From Raja brachyura (Eukaryota), in the NCBI GenBank assembly GCA_963514005.1, contig OY740808.1, positions 39,432,001-39,496,000 of the forward strand: 64,000 bases of DNA, in the 5' to 3' direction. The notes below the pieces were generated by a model. That model was given only the letters and a program-made list of their open reading frames with translations. It made no database searches and had not been told where the DNA came from. Positions 40,349-51,749 of the stretch are shown one piece after another. Position numbers and translations under genes: made by a program. The stretch's first letter is position 1. Every line of letters starts with the position of its first letter.

Positions 40349-42294
40349 ATGCAGAGCTCGGGCAACCGATGAAGTAATCAATTATTCCTACTCTGCAGCA
40401 TGCCCTGTATAATAATTAATTCATAGACGGTCTGTTTCATTATGTGGCCATTTAGCATGCGCAAGGCATTTTTGGCTGCAGTCTTTCGTAAGTAGTGACT
40501 GCGCCACATATTCGACAAAGGGTTTTGTGCAGCAGCATTAATTATATCCTGCCACTTCACCTTCCAAATGCCAAATTAAACTTTACGACCTTGTCGATTT
40601 ATGTGCTTTTGATTTGTATCGAGATTTACTTTGGTAGTCTGAAGAAGGGACACTCAAAACTTCATCCATTCCTTCTCTCCAGAGATGCTGCCTGTCCCAC
40701 TGAGTTACTCCAGCTTTTTGTATCTATTTATGATGGATGTTGCCAGGATTTGAGGGCCTGAGCCATTGGGAGAGGTTGAGCAGGCTTGGTGTTCAGGTGG
40801 GTGAGGGCTGACCTTAGAGAGGTGTACAAGACCGTGAGGGGAATAGATAAAATGAATGCAGTATGTTACGCAGGGTTTGGGAATCAACAACCAGAGGACA
40901 TAGGTTGAAGGTGAGATGGGAAAGATTTACTTTCGGACCCGAAACATCATCTAACCCTTTTCTCCCGAGATGCTGTCTGTCCCGCTGAGTTCCTCCAGCC
41001 TTTCTCATTGATCTTTGACATTGCCCTCCATGGTGAGTAAAGCCTTTGGGTTCCAGAGCCTTTCTGGTTTATCCTCTGAGACTTTAGTGGAGAACCTACC
41101 TGATCTCCCAGTTGCTCAACACTTAATTCACCTTCCATTCCCACACTGACCTTTCTGTCCTTGACCTCCTCCATTGTCAGAGTGAGGCCCAGCGCAAATT
41201 AGAGGTAGGGTTTGGACGATCAAATTGAAATTAGCTGCCTTGAAGTTGTTGCCAGGAGATCAGTTTAAAGAAGATTAAATAATTTTGTCGTTTAGCGTGA
41301 GTATTCGCTGCATTGGTCATAATTAGCAATGTTAGATACATGTAAACATGTATGATTCCTGAGGCCTGACATAAGGGTGGTTAGTGGTACCCAGTTGTCT
41401 GAGACTGGTTTCACGATTGCTGCTAGTCAGAGGGTGGTGATTGTGTGGAATTCTTTGCCACAGAAAGCTGTGGAGGCCGTTAATGGATATTTCAAAGGCA
41501 GGGATAGATAGATTGTTGTTTAAGAAATAAAGTACAGATGCTGGAAAAATCGAAGGTAGACAAAAATGCTGGAGGAACTGAGTGTGTGAGGCAGCACTTA
41601 TGGAGAGAAGGAATAGGCAAACTTTTGGGTGGAGACCTTTCTTCACTAACATTGACTTCTCTAACTTCAAGTAGCCCTTGCTTTCCCTCTCTCTCCACCC
41701 CCCCCCCCCCCTCCCCCTTCCCAGTTCTCTCACTAGTCTCACTGTCTCTGACTACAGTTTATTTCTGTGCTGTCCACTTCCCTGTCATCAGTCTGAATAA
41801 GGGTCTCGACAAAAAAACGTCACCCATTCCTTCTCTCCAGAGATGCTGCCCATCCCGCTGAGTTACCCCAGCATTTTGTGCCTTATTTTTGATTTAAAAG
41901 CCATTTTGACAGGTCTGGAAATAGGAAAGGTTGAGAGGGATATGGGCCAAATGCAGGCAGGTGGGACTAGAGTTTGTACGTGTGTGTGTTTTCTCCAGGT
42001 GCTCCAATTTCCCCCATCATTCCAAAGATGTGCAGGTGTGTAGATTAATTCTGAAAATTGCCCCCAGTGAGTAGGGTAGACTTAGTGTATGGGTGATCGC
42101 TGGTTGCTGGACTTGCTGAGGCAAACAGCCTGTTTCCATGCTGTATCTCTAAAGTAAGCTTAAATGGAATGACAGTGCATCATTTCACCACGTTGAGCAA
42201 TACTCTCTGTATCCTGGACATCACCACAATCCCATTTACTTGTCCATCATATGTTAACACCTCAGGTAACATTGACCCCTCGCTCATACGTTAC

Positions 42295-43240
42295 AGAAGC
42301 AGAATTAGGCCATTCGGCCCATCAAGTCTATTCCACCATTCAATTATGGCTGATCTATCTTTCCCTCTCAACCCCATTCTCCTGCCTTCTCCCCATAACC
42401 CCTGACACTCGTTCTAATCAAGAATCTATCCTTAAAAATATCCAATGACATGGCCTCCACAGCCGCCTGTGGCAATGAATTCCATAGGTTCACCACCCTC
42501 TGGCTAAGGACATTCCTCACCTTCTTAAAGGAATGTCCTTTAATAGTGAGGCTCTGGTCCTAGACCAGGGTTTGGCAACCTTTTTCATCCCAGTTACACT
42601 GGCAACTTTAATAACACATTACAATATTATTTCACTTATTTATGAACAACTAATGATGTGCAGATACCGGTATACCAGAACCAAACAGTCAGTCAATGAG
42701 AAAAAATATGTACAAATCCAGAATCAATAAATTTGCCCTCTGGGTAGGCGAAATTTACCCTATGTGGGGTAATTTTACCCCAGGCTGGGAACCCTTGTCC
42801 GAGACTCTCCCATGAGTGGAAACATCCTATCCACATCCACACTGTCCAAACTTTTCACTATTCGGTGCATTTCAATGAACTCCAGCCATTACAGGCCCAC
42901 TGCCGTCATAAACGCTCATCATAGGTTAACCCACTCATTCCTGGGATCATTCTCGTAAACCTCCTCTGGACCCTCTCCATAGCCAGCACATCCTTCCTCA
43001 GATATGGTGCCCGAAATTGCTCACAATACTCCAAATGTGGCCTGACCAGCGCCTTATAGAGCCTCAGCATTACATCCCTGTTTTTGTATTCTAGCCCACT
43101 TGAAATAAATGCTACTATTGCGTTTGCCTTCTCTATCACCAATTTGTCTTGCTGATTGCCTTTTAGGGAATCCTGCACCAGAACTCCCAACTCCAATTGC
43201 ACCTCCGATTTCTGGATTCTTCCAACCCCGGAAGTATTGT
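42295..43240 (-). mobile_element. CR1 3' fragment (older subfamily)
   Basis: ORF 42906-43244 LYKALVRPHLEYC..VQRRFTRMIPG; 3' UTR at ~42295-42420. Confidence 0.8.
42566..42797. mobile_element. hAT-type MITE inserted in a CR1 3' fragment
   Basis: Imperfect TIRs cagggtttggcaacct / aggctgggaacccttg; 8-bp TSD tcctagac (42558-42565) / tccgagac (42798-42805). Confidence 0.7.
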
Positions 43241-43254
43241 CCAATGAATAATAA

Positions 43255-43420
43255 TTTTACTTCGGAGTCCCGTGAGTGAAGAAGGCCATCAGCCCGCATG
43301 GGCGTCATTAGTCTACGCATGGCGCACGACTGGCTGGCGGCGCGTCGCTCCTCCAGCGGTAAGTTTCAAATCCTACAGGTAAGTTTTCGAACTTACTTTT
43401 CAGGTTGTCTTTTTGTTGCA
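43255..43420 (+). mobile_element. Remnant of a DIRS-like left terminus
   Basis: ttttacttcggagtcccgtgagtgaagaag..gcatg.gcg..cggtaagt resembles the DIRS left ITR at 23442-23560. Confidence 0.5.
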
Positions 43421-44076
43421 GGAATCGCTCTTCGCAGAGTTTCCTGCCGGATCTTGTAATACGCGGCGATATGCTGATGGACCGCGGGAAAACCAATTAT
43501 GGGCCCTGCATTTGCATCCTGGCATTTCGAAACCACTGAACACAGCGGTGCAATGAAAAACAATCTCCCGAACGGTTGCCTTGTCAGTCTGTTTTAAATT
43601 AGACCGCGCTGAATCACATGGGAAGGTTTCAACCTTCGTTACCTCAAGTAGCTGATGAAACATGTATTATTTTCCCAGTGGACTCCATATAGGTCTTGCG
43701 ACGCATGGTCGTTTCTTGAGGCGATGTCATTCTCGTCATTGCATCGCTGCTGATTTTCCTGTGATGCTCTTTGGAACCTTGGAAGGATATTTTAACGCCA
43801 TGATGTTTATTTTATTCAGTGGTATTTTAATAAGCGATAAAGATTACAAGGTCTGTCGCATTTTAACATAAATTTGAAGAATTCCAAACATATTTTACGA
43901 AAAAACTGCACCATGGAACCGATCTTTAAACCATCTTATTTACAACTATACCATGGGTTTATATTATGTAAGGGGCAGAAAAGCACGCTGTTTATTAACC
44001 TCTTGTGCATCTGTAGCAGTTAATAGATGTGAAAGCGTGAGTGCATCTTGCTGTTGAGTTGGGAGCCGAGTCTCAG

Positions 44077-44237
44077 CCCCGCCCGCTGCACCACTCGGTT
44101 TACAGGCCCCGCCCACACCCGCACCCTCTTTTGCCGGGTATTTAATTCTCTCTAAGAGGGTCCGAAATCCAACTTCCTTGCAGTTGGTTTGTTGCGAGGT
44201 TCTGTACAGAAACAACCGGGTCACACTTCCCAGCGGG
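44077..44237 (+). promoter_or_regulatory. Putative VH promoter: two GC boxes, TATA-like element, ETS-like sites; no proximal octamer
   Basis: CCCCGCCC at 44077-44084 and 44107-44114; TATTTAA at 44139-44145; ACTTCC at ~44172 and ~44225; ATG at 44238. Confidence 0.55.
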
Positions 44238-44283
44238 ATGAGGTCGGCGTTTTCACTGAGTCTGTTCCTGGCGCTAATAGTCC
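44238..44283 (+). CDS. IGHV: Ig heavy-chain leader exon (MRSAFSLSLFLALIV-R)
   Basis: 46-nt hydrophobic exon, phase-1 donor GTGAGT at 44284; 175-bp intron ending ttttttaacttgcAG at 44458; completes as R-VHS before FR1. Confidence 0.92.
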
Positions 44284-44458
44284 GTGAGTAATGAGTTGGA
44301 CAAATTCCTCACGCAAGTTTCTCAGTGGTACATCCACTACGCCATTCCCCTTCTACCCACTATAGCACCCTCCAAATGTATTTCCTCTTGATAATTAGAG
44401 TCGGGGATCAATGGTCAATAATTTATCTTCACCATTCATGCCTTTTTTTAACTTGCAG

Positions 44459-44799
44459 GTGTCCATTCCAATGTCGTTCTAACTCAGCCCAAGACAGGGA
44501 CCACCCGTCCTGGAGACTCCGTCACAATGACCTGCAAAACCAGCGGGTTCACTATTAGCAGCTACGGCATGCATTTGGTCCGTCAGGTCCCCGGGCAGGG
44601 GCTGCAGTGGCTGCTTTACTACGCCAGTTCTTCTAACAAGTACTTCGCTCCGGGGATAGAGAGCCGATTTACTCCGTCCATAGACGATTCGAATAATATG
44701 TTCGCCGTGACCGCCAGGAACCTGAGGATCGAAGACACCGCTGTCTATTACTGTGCGTATACTACTGGGGAGGAGGCACCATGTTAACGGTAACCAACG
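44459..44799 (+). pseudogene. IGHV: Germline-joined VH(D)JH exon, out of frame at the junction
   Basis: NVVLTQP..MTCKTSGFTISSYGMHLVRQVPGQGLQWL..RF..EDTAVYYCA; 11 nt after the Cys codon, J (TGG at 44766, WGGGTMLTVTN) lies in another frame with donor GTAAGA at 44800; no heptamer/nonamer; V frame stops at TAA 44785-44787. Confidence 0.93.
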
Positions 44800-45287
44800 G
44801 TAAGAAACTCCATTCTATTCAGTCTCTAGATGTATCCAGTTGTAATTTTATTCTACATTTCCAATAATAGCATTAAATGTTTTTTCTGGGTTAATCACCC
44901 ATTCATTGCAATGTTGGATCGATGTTGCTTTAGAATGTTATGTGATTTTGCTGCAGTGAGATTCCCGAAGTAAACTTGCCTTATGTGCTATGACTTTCGA
45001 TCATTTGACTATGGAACGGATGTGATTTAGTTCCTAATTAGTCGGGAAAATGTGCATGAATTTGCCTTCACCATGCTTTCGAATTGTTTGAGATTTGTTG
45101 TGGTCCTAGATCTGCGATGCATCTAACTGTGTTTTCTGATCAACAGCAGATCCTGGGTGTAAAATGTTCAAGTTTTGTATTTAATGAGTGTATGTATTAA
45201 TTGCCACCTTTAATCCAATCATTAACAAAACTTGGATTGAAGAAGTAACATTTTCTTGCAGCAAAACACAGAGGTGCAAAGTTCTTT

Positions 45288-46930
45288 CAGGGTACTCAAG
45301 GCGGTGTCTCTCGAAATTGTGGAAGCATTGGTAATCACTTTCCAATGTCCTATAGATTCTGGATCAGTTCCTGTGGATTGAGGATAGATAATGTTATCCC
45401 ACTTTTCAAGAAAGGGGGAGAGAGAATGCGTAGGGAATGACCGAGCAGTTGGCCTGACATCGGTATTGGGGAAGATGCTGGAGTCGATTATCGCTGTAAC
45501 AGTGGTGCATTTGGTTAGCAGGAGCTGGATCGGTCCAAGCCAGCATGGATTTACGAAGGGGAAATCATGCATAACAAATCTTCTGGAGGTGTTTGAGGAT
45601 GTAACAAGTAAAATGGACAAGGGAGAGCCAGTATATGTAATGTACCTGAACTTTCAGAAAGCCTTTGACAAGATCCCACACAGGAGATTAGTGAGCAAAA
45701 TTAGAGCACATGGTATTGAGGGTAGGATATTGACATGAATAGAAAATTGGTTGACAGACCGGAAACAAAGAGCAGAAATTAACAGGTCCTTTTCAAAATA
45801 GGGTGCCGCAAGGCTCGTTGCTGGGACTGTAGCTATTTACAATATACATTCATGATTTAGATGAAGGAATTAAAAGTAACATGAGCAAATTTGCAGATGA
45901 CACAAAGCTCGTGGCAGTGTGAACTGTGAAGAAGGTACTATGAAGATGCAGGGTGACTTGGACAGTTTGGATGAATGGGCAGATGATTGGCAGATGCAGT
46001 ATAATGTGGATAAATGTGAGGAAATCCACTTTGGAGCAAGAACAGTAAGGCAGATTATTATCGGAATGGTGTCAGGTTAGGACAAGAGGAAGTACGACGA
46101 GACCTGGGTATCCTAGTACATCAGTCACTGAAAGTAATCATACAGGTACAACAGGCAGTGAAGAACCCTAATGGAGTGTTGGCCTACATAAAGAGAGGAG
46201 TTGAGTTTCAGGGCAAAGAGGTCATTCTGCAGTTGTACAAGCCCCTGGTGAGGCCACAGCTGGTGTAATGTGTGCAGTGTTGCTCTCATAATTTGAGACA
46301 GGACATTCTTGGTATTGAGGGAGTGCAGCGTAGGTGCACGAGACTAATGCCGGGATGGCGGGACTGACATGGAGAAAGAATGGAGCGCCTCGGCTTGTAT
46401 TCAAGGAAGAGAGGGAATCTTATATTTAAAAAAATAAATAAATTATTAAGGGATTGGGCACGGTAGATGCAGGAAACATGTTCCCGATGTTGGAGTCCAG
46501 AACCAGGGGCCACCGTTTAAGAATGAGGGGAGTCCCTTTAACATAGAAATATAGAAAATGGTGCGGGGGAAGCCATTCGGCCCTTCGAGCCAGGACCGCC
46601 ATTCATTGTGATCACGGCTGATCGTCCCCAATCAATAACCCGTGCCTGCCTTCCCCCCATATCCCTTGATTCCACTAGCCATTCCATTAGGACTGAGATG
46701 AGGGAACAAAATCACTCAATAGAGTTGTGAATTTGTGGGAATCTCTGCCTCACAAGATATGGATGCCGATTCACTTGATGCATTCAAAAGAGATAGATCT
46801 CTTAAAGCTAGCGAAATCAAGGCATATGGTGAGAAGGCATGAACAAGGTACTGATTGTGGACGATCAGCCATGATCACATTGAATGCTTCGAAGGGCCGA
46901 ATGGCTTACTCCTGCACCTATTGTCTATGT
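45288..46930 (+). mobile_element. Decayed CR1 LINE in the J-C intron, with a small inverted CR1 3' end at ~46540-46685
   Basis: [21 protein letters not shown]-encoding segment; tail ctattgtctat. Confidence 0.88.
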
Positions 46931-47473
46931 ATCGGTGTAATCCATTTGTTATTGTGTTATTATTGATATTTCAACAATGATTGGCTCGGTGGTCTTTGGA
47001 CCAATGAATTTTGGTGGTCTATGTACAGAGATATTTGGAGTTTCAGTAAATGTGTGTTGTGCGATTCAGCCCATCAGCAGTATCATTCAGCCGGTCATTG
47101 CGGGAGAAGATATTGTTGCGCAATTTGATGTTTTTGTATGTTCAATTCGAATGGCAACGACCGGGTATTGCTGTTGTAAGAAGTGTCGGATTAGCTTATT
47201 TCAATAAACGAAAAGAAGATATGTTTACAAATAAAAATAATTAGAAATTGATAGAAATTAATAGGAACAGTAAATTATGCAAACACTTATAGGATCACGC
47301 AGCCTGTGGCGAAAGACAAATCTGAGGCAGGGAACCAGAAAGACAGCTGGTAGCGCCGGAGAACCGACTTCTTTCTCGAAATCAGTTGCAGACTGTGTAG
47401 GAATTTGTGCGTTGTCCGTGTGGTTTCTTCCTAGAAAAATGTCATTTACGAAAAGTTACGGGGAAAAAAAAAA

Positions 47474-48716
47474 AAATTGGGGAAATGAAGTGGATTGTTG
47501 GAAACAAATTTTTTTTTCTCTGCTATTTTAATTATATAACAGGGTATCCCACTAATCTTTGAATAGAAACAGAATTTAAATCGATGGCTCATAGGACGGT
47601 TTGAGTGACGTTCAAAATTACATTTGCATTTATTTAATTAAAACATTGATTTAGAAACACTGTGCTTTTTCACGTTTGCAGTTGGAGTCACAAAGCAAAC
47701 TAATATTTTGTTTTATAAATTGCAGGTTGTAATTTATGACTGGTATCTTTTTTATTCGTTTCCTATCGGACAGTGACACAATGTTAATCATTCGTTCTTC
47801 AGTGCCGATGATATTGCAAACGCAAACTCGTTTTAATGATGCTGGAAACGGAGCGTCATTGCAAAAATATTAATTTTCATTTGATTATTATTGAATCCAT
47901 TAAGGGGCAGTCCATTGCAGGGGTGCACACAGCCAAATATTTGAAACCTGTGCCAATTGATTTAATTACAAAATATTAACATGTTCTTACAATTTATATG
48001 CCACATTTAGTTTCCAGATGTTGTAGTACATAACGTTTATGAATTTAGACATCATATTGAGAGAGTTATTTATAATCCTTACCAATGCAGTCTCTTACAT
48101 GTTTTTAATCTGGTATGAATGTAATGTTCTTATCCAATGTCGGCTGGTTTGCTTTTCGGAATTTACTTGCAATTACTGTCAGCATACAAATGATCAGTAT
48201 ATTTTTGTGAGTGATAGGAGGACAAAATACAGTACAATTACATTTTAGGTGTGTTATTTGTCGTTAAATAACAGAGCTACTATTTCAATCCAATCCACCT
48301 CCTTAGTTGGTTTCGTTCGATTGACACATTTTAGGGCAAATTTCACGAACAAGATTGTGATCGTTTATTTTTGTCTTCTCCCAATTTATGTTCGGGAGTC
48401 TGATATGGTAAACCAGTCATCCTTCCATTTTCTGTGATTTGATCGGACAGTCTCTGAACCATTTATAAAACCAAAACTCTTCCCTCCAAATCAAATGTTT
48501 TGCCATGGGCACTCTCATGGGCCCAAGGGAAAGCTACCTAAATTATTTAATTTTAATTAAATGAATGCAAATGTAATTTTGAACGTCAGTCAACTCCTCC
48601 TTTGAGCCATCGATTCCAATTATCATTATATTCAATGATTAGTGGGATACCCTGGTCTATAATTAAAATAGCAGAGAAAATTTAGTTACCAACATTCCAC
48701 ATCATTTCACCAATTT
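47474..48716. repeat. ~170-bp imperfect inverted repeat pair (47474-47643 / 48551-48716), each arm with a perfect octamer
   Basis: tgacgttcaaaattacATTTGCATttatttaattaaaa versus ttttaattaaatgaATGCAAATgtaattttgaacgtca; gggtatcccactaatc versus gattagtgggataccc. Confidence 0.85.
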
Positions 48717-48729
48717 CCATTTGGTTGGG

Positions 48730-49150
48730 TACATGGAACAACACCTGACACAAACTGACCGATTCCAGAACTCTTCCTTCTGTTCTCATGGACTTCATTA
48801 GCTAATAACTGAGACCCTACTATCAAATTCACCAGGTCCATCCCCGACACCGTCTCCATCGCAGGAGATAGACTATCGACTGACGTAAATTGCAAATTTA
48901 CGGACTCTCACTGCTATCAGGCCTACAACTCTTCCAACCTTGCCTCCAGCAAATACTCTGTGTCCTATTCCCAAATTCACCCGTCTCCGCGCAACTGCTC
49001 CCAAGACGAGTTGTTCCATACCAGGATATCCGCGGTCCCCATTCTTTAGGGAGCGGGTATTCCCCTCTTTTACCATAGATGAGGCCCTCACACGTGTTTA
49101 CAATGTATCCCGTAGTTCGGCCCTTACTCCATCATCCCCAGTCACAACAA
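48730..49150 (+). mobile_element. Decayed Penelope-like RT C-terminal fragment
   Basis: ..FFRERVFPSFTIDEALTRV.. matches FFRERGFPSPTIDEARTRV of 53639-54379. Confidence 0.75.
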
Positions 49151-49508
49151 AGAGTTTGGTGAGATTGTAATCCATACACCAACGTTAGTTATAGCCACTG
49201 AGCATTCCTGAGAAACCCTGGGAATTTTAAAGTAATTAATACTGGAGGCCTATCGATATATTTCCAACTCGAGATTGTGTGTACATTTGACAGTAACTGC
49301 CAGATATTGGCAACCAAATAAGTTTTCAGCCAATGTGTTCCAAGGTGGGATTAAGGCGGAATGTTGAACTAATAGTTTATGATACTCGAGTGAAGTTTCA
49401 TGAAATAGAATATTGCGTAACGAATTGCTGTATAATTATTCGTCGCACTGAATATTTTGCAAAACGAGCAAGAGAGAATTTAACATTCATGTGACCTTTG
49501 ACTTGCAG

Positions 49509-49795
49509 TGGCTGATTCCGCCCCCAGCCCCTTCATTCTCTTCACCTGCGAGGATCATGGCTCCAGTGGTTCGTTCACCTACGGTTGTTTGGCGTTGGGC
49601 TATTCCCCTGCGGGTGCCAGTGTTTCTTGGAAGAAAGATGATACAGACCTGACCACCGGTGTGAAGACCTACCCGGCAGTGTTCAATAAGATGGGAACTT
49701 ACACCCGGAGCAGCGAGTTAACCATCACCCAGGGGGAGGCGACATCTTCTGCGTGGTTCAGCATGACCAAAAAGAGTATAAAGTGAAATTACCAG
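49509..49795 (+). pseudogene. IGHM: IgM constant exon Cmu1, frameshifted
   Basis: Acceptor ttgcAG at 49508; FTC..YGCLALGYSP..VSWKKD..TGVKTYPAVFNKMGTYTRSSELTI; second-Cys segment DIFCVVQH..KLP is in a shifted frame from ~49741; phase-1 donor GTTCGT at 49796; 287 nt (not 3n). Confidence 0.9.
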
Positions 49796-49982
49796 GTTCG
49801 TATTGGGGTGCACCGAGGCCGAGGGTGGAGCTGAGAGTCAAGGGTGCTTTATTGTCACATGTCCCAGATAGAACAATTAAATTCTTGCTTGCTGCAGCAC
49901 AACAGCAAATGTAATCATAATAAATAATATGATAAACGAGAGTGAGAAAATCAAGTTCAGTGTGTGTGTATATATACACACA

Positions 49983-50015
<33 letters not shown>

Positions 50016-51219
50016 GTGTGTATATATACATCAAGTGCAATATTAATAATAGTCTATTGTAGTTCAGAGCTTACGGGGTTGCAGTGTTTAATAGCCTGGA
50101 CGTTACAGTTCTCAGGCTCCTGTACCTTCTTCCCGGTGGCAGAGGTGAGTGTGTGGCCAGCATGGTGTGGGTCTCTGATGGTGGCTGACGTTTTGAGGCC
50201 ATTTGATGATGTAGAGGTCAGCGCCGGTTATAGATGGGCAGTGATTACAACTTTTTGCAGTCTTTTCTGCTCCTGGACTTTCAAATTGCCGAACCAGTAC
50301 ATGATGCAATGCATATAATTCGCGGGATTTGACAATTGAAGATAAGTACTTGACTTAATGTGCCCTGTTCGGTTTTATTCTTCATGTCATACTGACGTGT
50401 AGAACGCTCATCTGGGCTCCACGTCCCACCTAGTCAAAGACAGGCAATCCATGTCCATATAGTGATGTGAAAATGTGGCTGCATCCGCAGATGCCATATA
50501 ACATCTGGAACACTGACGAAACTTCATTCTCAACTTATCCACTAATGTCTCAACAGAAAGTGACAATATGCCCTACCTGCCAAATTATTCCAGCCCTTTG
50601 CTTTAAAAATAAAAAAATCAAACAACATCTGCTGTTCTTGTTTCGATAAAATGGTGAGTTTTGTTTCCTAGCACCGTGTGGCGAGAGCGATATTCATAAT
50701 ACCGAAGCACTGTCATTCGTTCTTGGGACGGAACGAAAGGCGGTGCTTCAATTATCGAGGCAATTCACTATTTACAAAATCATTAAAAAAACAAATATTG
50801 ACTTGGAAAATAGCTTGAAAAGAGTGCTCATAAATGTATTATCACGAGTACATTCATATAATTCGCGAGGAACTGATCTATCTGTAGATAAGTTACATTT
50901 TAACTCGCGAACAATCGAAGCGGCTTAGTGCATCATGTTGAGAACATTACAAGTTTATTAAAAGCACAGACACAGTCATAGAGGACAAAAGCAGAACAGT
51001 CGGCCCATTACATCCCTGTGACAACGACTTGCCGAGCTACAATTTCCCCATTTACGAGCACTCGATATACCATGATAAACAAATAATTTAGCAATATCTC
51101 TGCAAGTGGGCGGTTACGTTTAATCGGAAAAGGTGATTTTTATTTTGTCCAAATAATGCGTGTCAATATTAATCGACGATTGTTTGAGAACCATTCCAAT
51201 TAGGTGTATTTTCTTTCAG

Positions 51220-51538
51220 AACCCGTGGTACATCATCCAACCGTCACCATTACCATAACTGCCCTGGATGAAATCAAGCGCAGCAAAAAAAGCAATCGTC
51301 GTGTGTTTGGTCAACGATTTCACCCCAGCAAAATTTACTGTGAACTGGCTGAAGAATGGAAAGCGATTGGATTCTGGCATCGTCACCTCTCCCGCCTTCC
51401 AGGTGAACGGTAACGGTAACTTCTCGGCGACCAGCCAGTTGACATTCCCAGCTGGACAGTGGATCGTAGATTCCGTCTATACCTGCCAAGTCACCCATGA
51501 AAACGATATAAAAAGCCAAAATATCAGTAAGTCGCCAG
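51220..51538 (+). pseudogene. IGHM: IgM constant exon Cmu2, +1 frameshift in an A7 run
   Basis: Acceptor tttcAG at 51219; EPVVHHPTV..KRSKK|AIVVCLVNDFTP..VNWLKNG..SGIVTSP..NFSATSQLT..W..VYTCQVTH; donor GTAAGA at 51539; 319 nt; A7 at 51285-51291. Confidence 0.9.
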
Positions 51539-51749
51539 GTAAGAAATACATCCGTGGTGTGTCTCGGGTATTAGTGTAAACATTAGCGCTCACGGTGGTA
51601 GAACTTCACTCGCATTGTGAAAGCCCATGTGCAGGAAGTGCTGATGCTGGCTTCCACCGAAAATAGACACAAAATGCCGGAGTAACAGCGGGTTAGGCAT
51701 CTCTAGAGAAAAGGAACAGGTGACGATTCGGGTCGGGACTCTTCTTCCA

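Noticed and set aside
44459-44799. Processed (retrotransposed) Ig pseudogene
   Set aside because: Leader intron, J-C intron and C1-C2 intron are all retained with a promoter-like region upstream.
47658-47664. CACTGTG heptamer as RSS of an additional J segment (other heptamers at ~9462, 15382, 55964)
   Set aside because: No nonamer seen at 12/23 spacing and no WGxG-coding segment adjacent.
44238-51538. Assignment as IgW, IgNAR or a T-cell receptor, or as the Cmu2-less IgM1gj type
   Set aside because: C1 (TGVKTYP..N..GTYT.SS.L) and C2 (SG.VTSP..NG.FSATS.LT..W..VYTCQV.H) resemble elasmobranch IgM as recalled, and a Cmu2-type exon is present.
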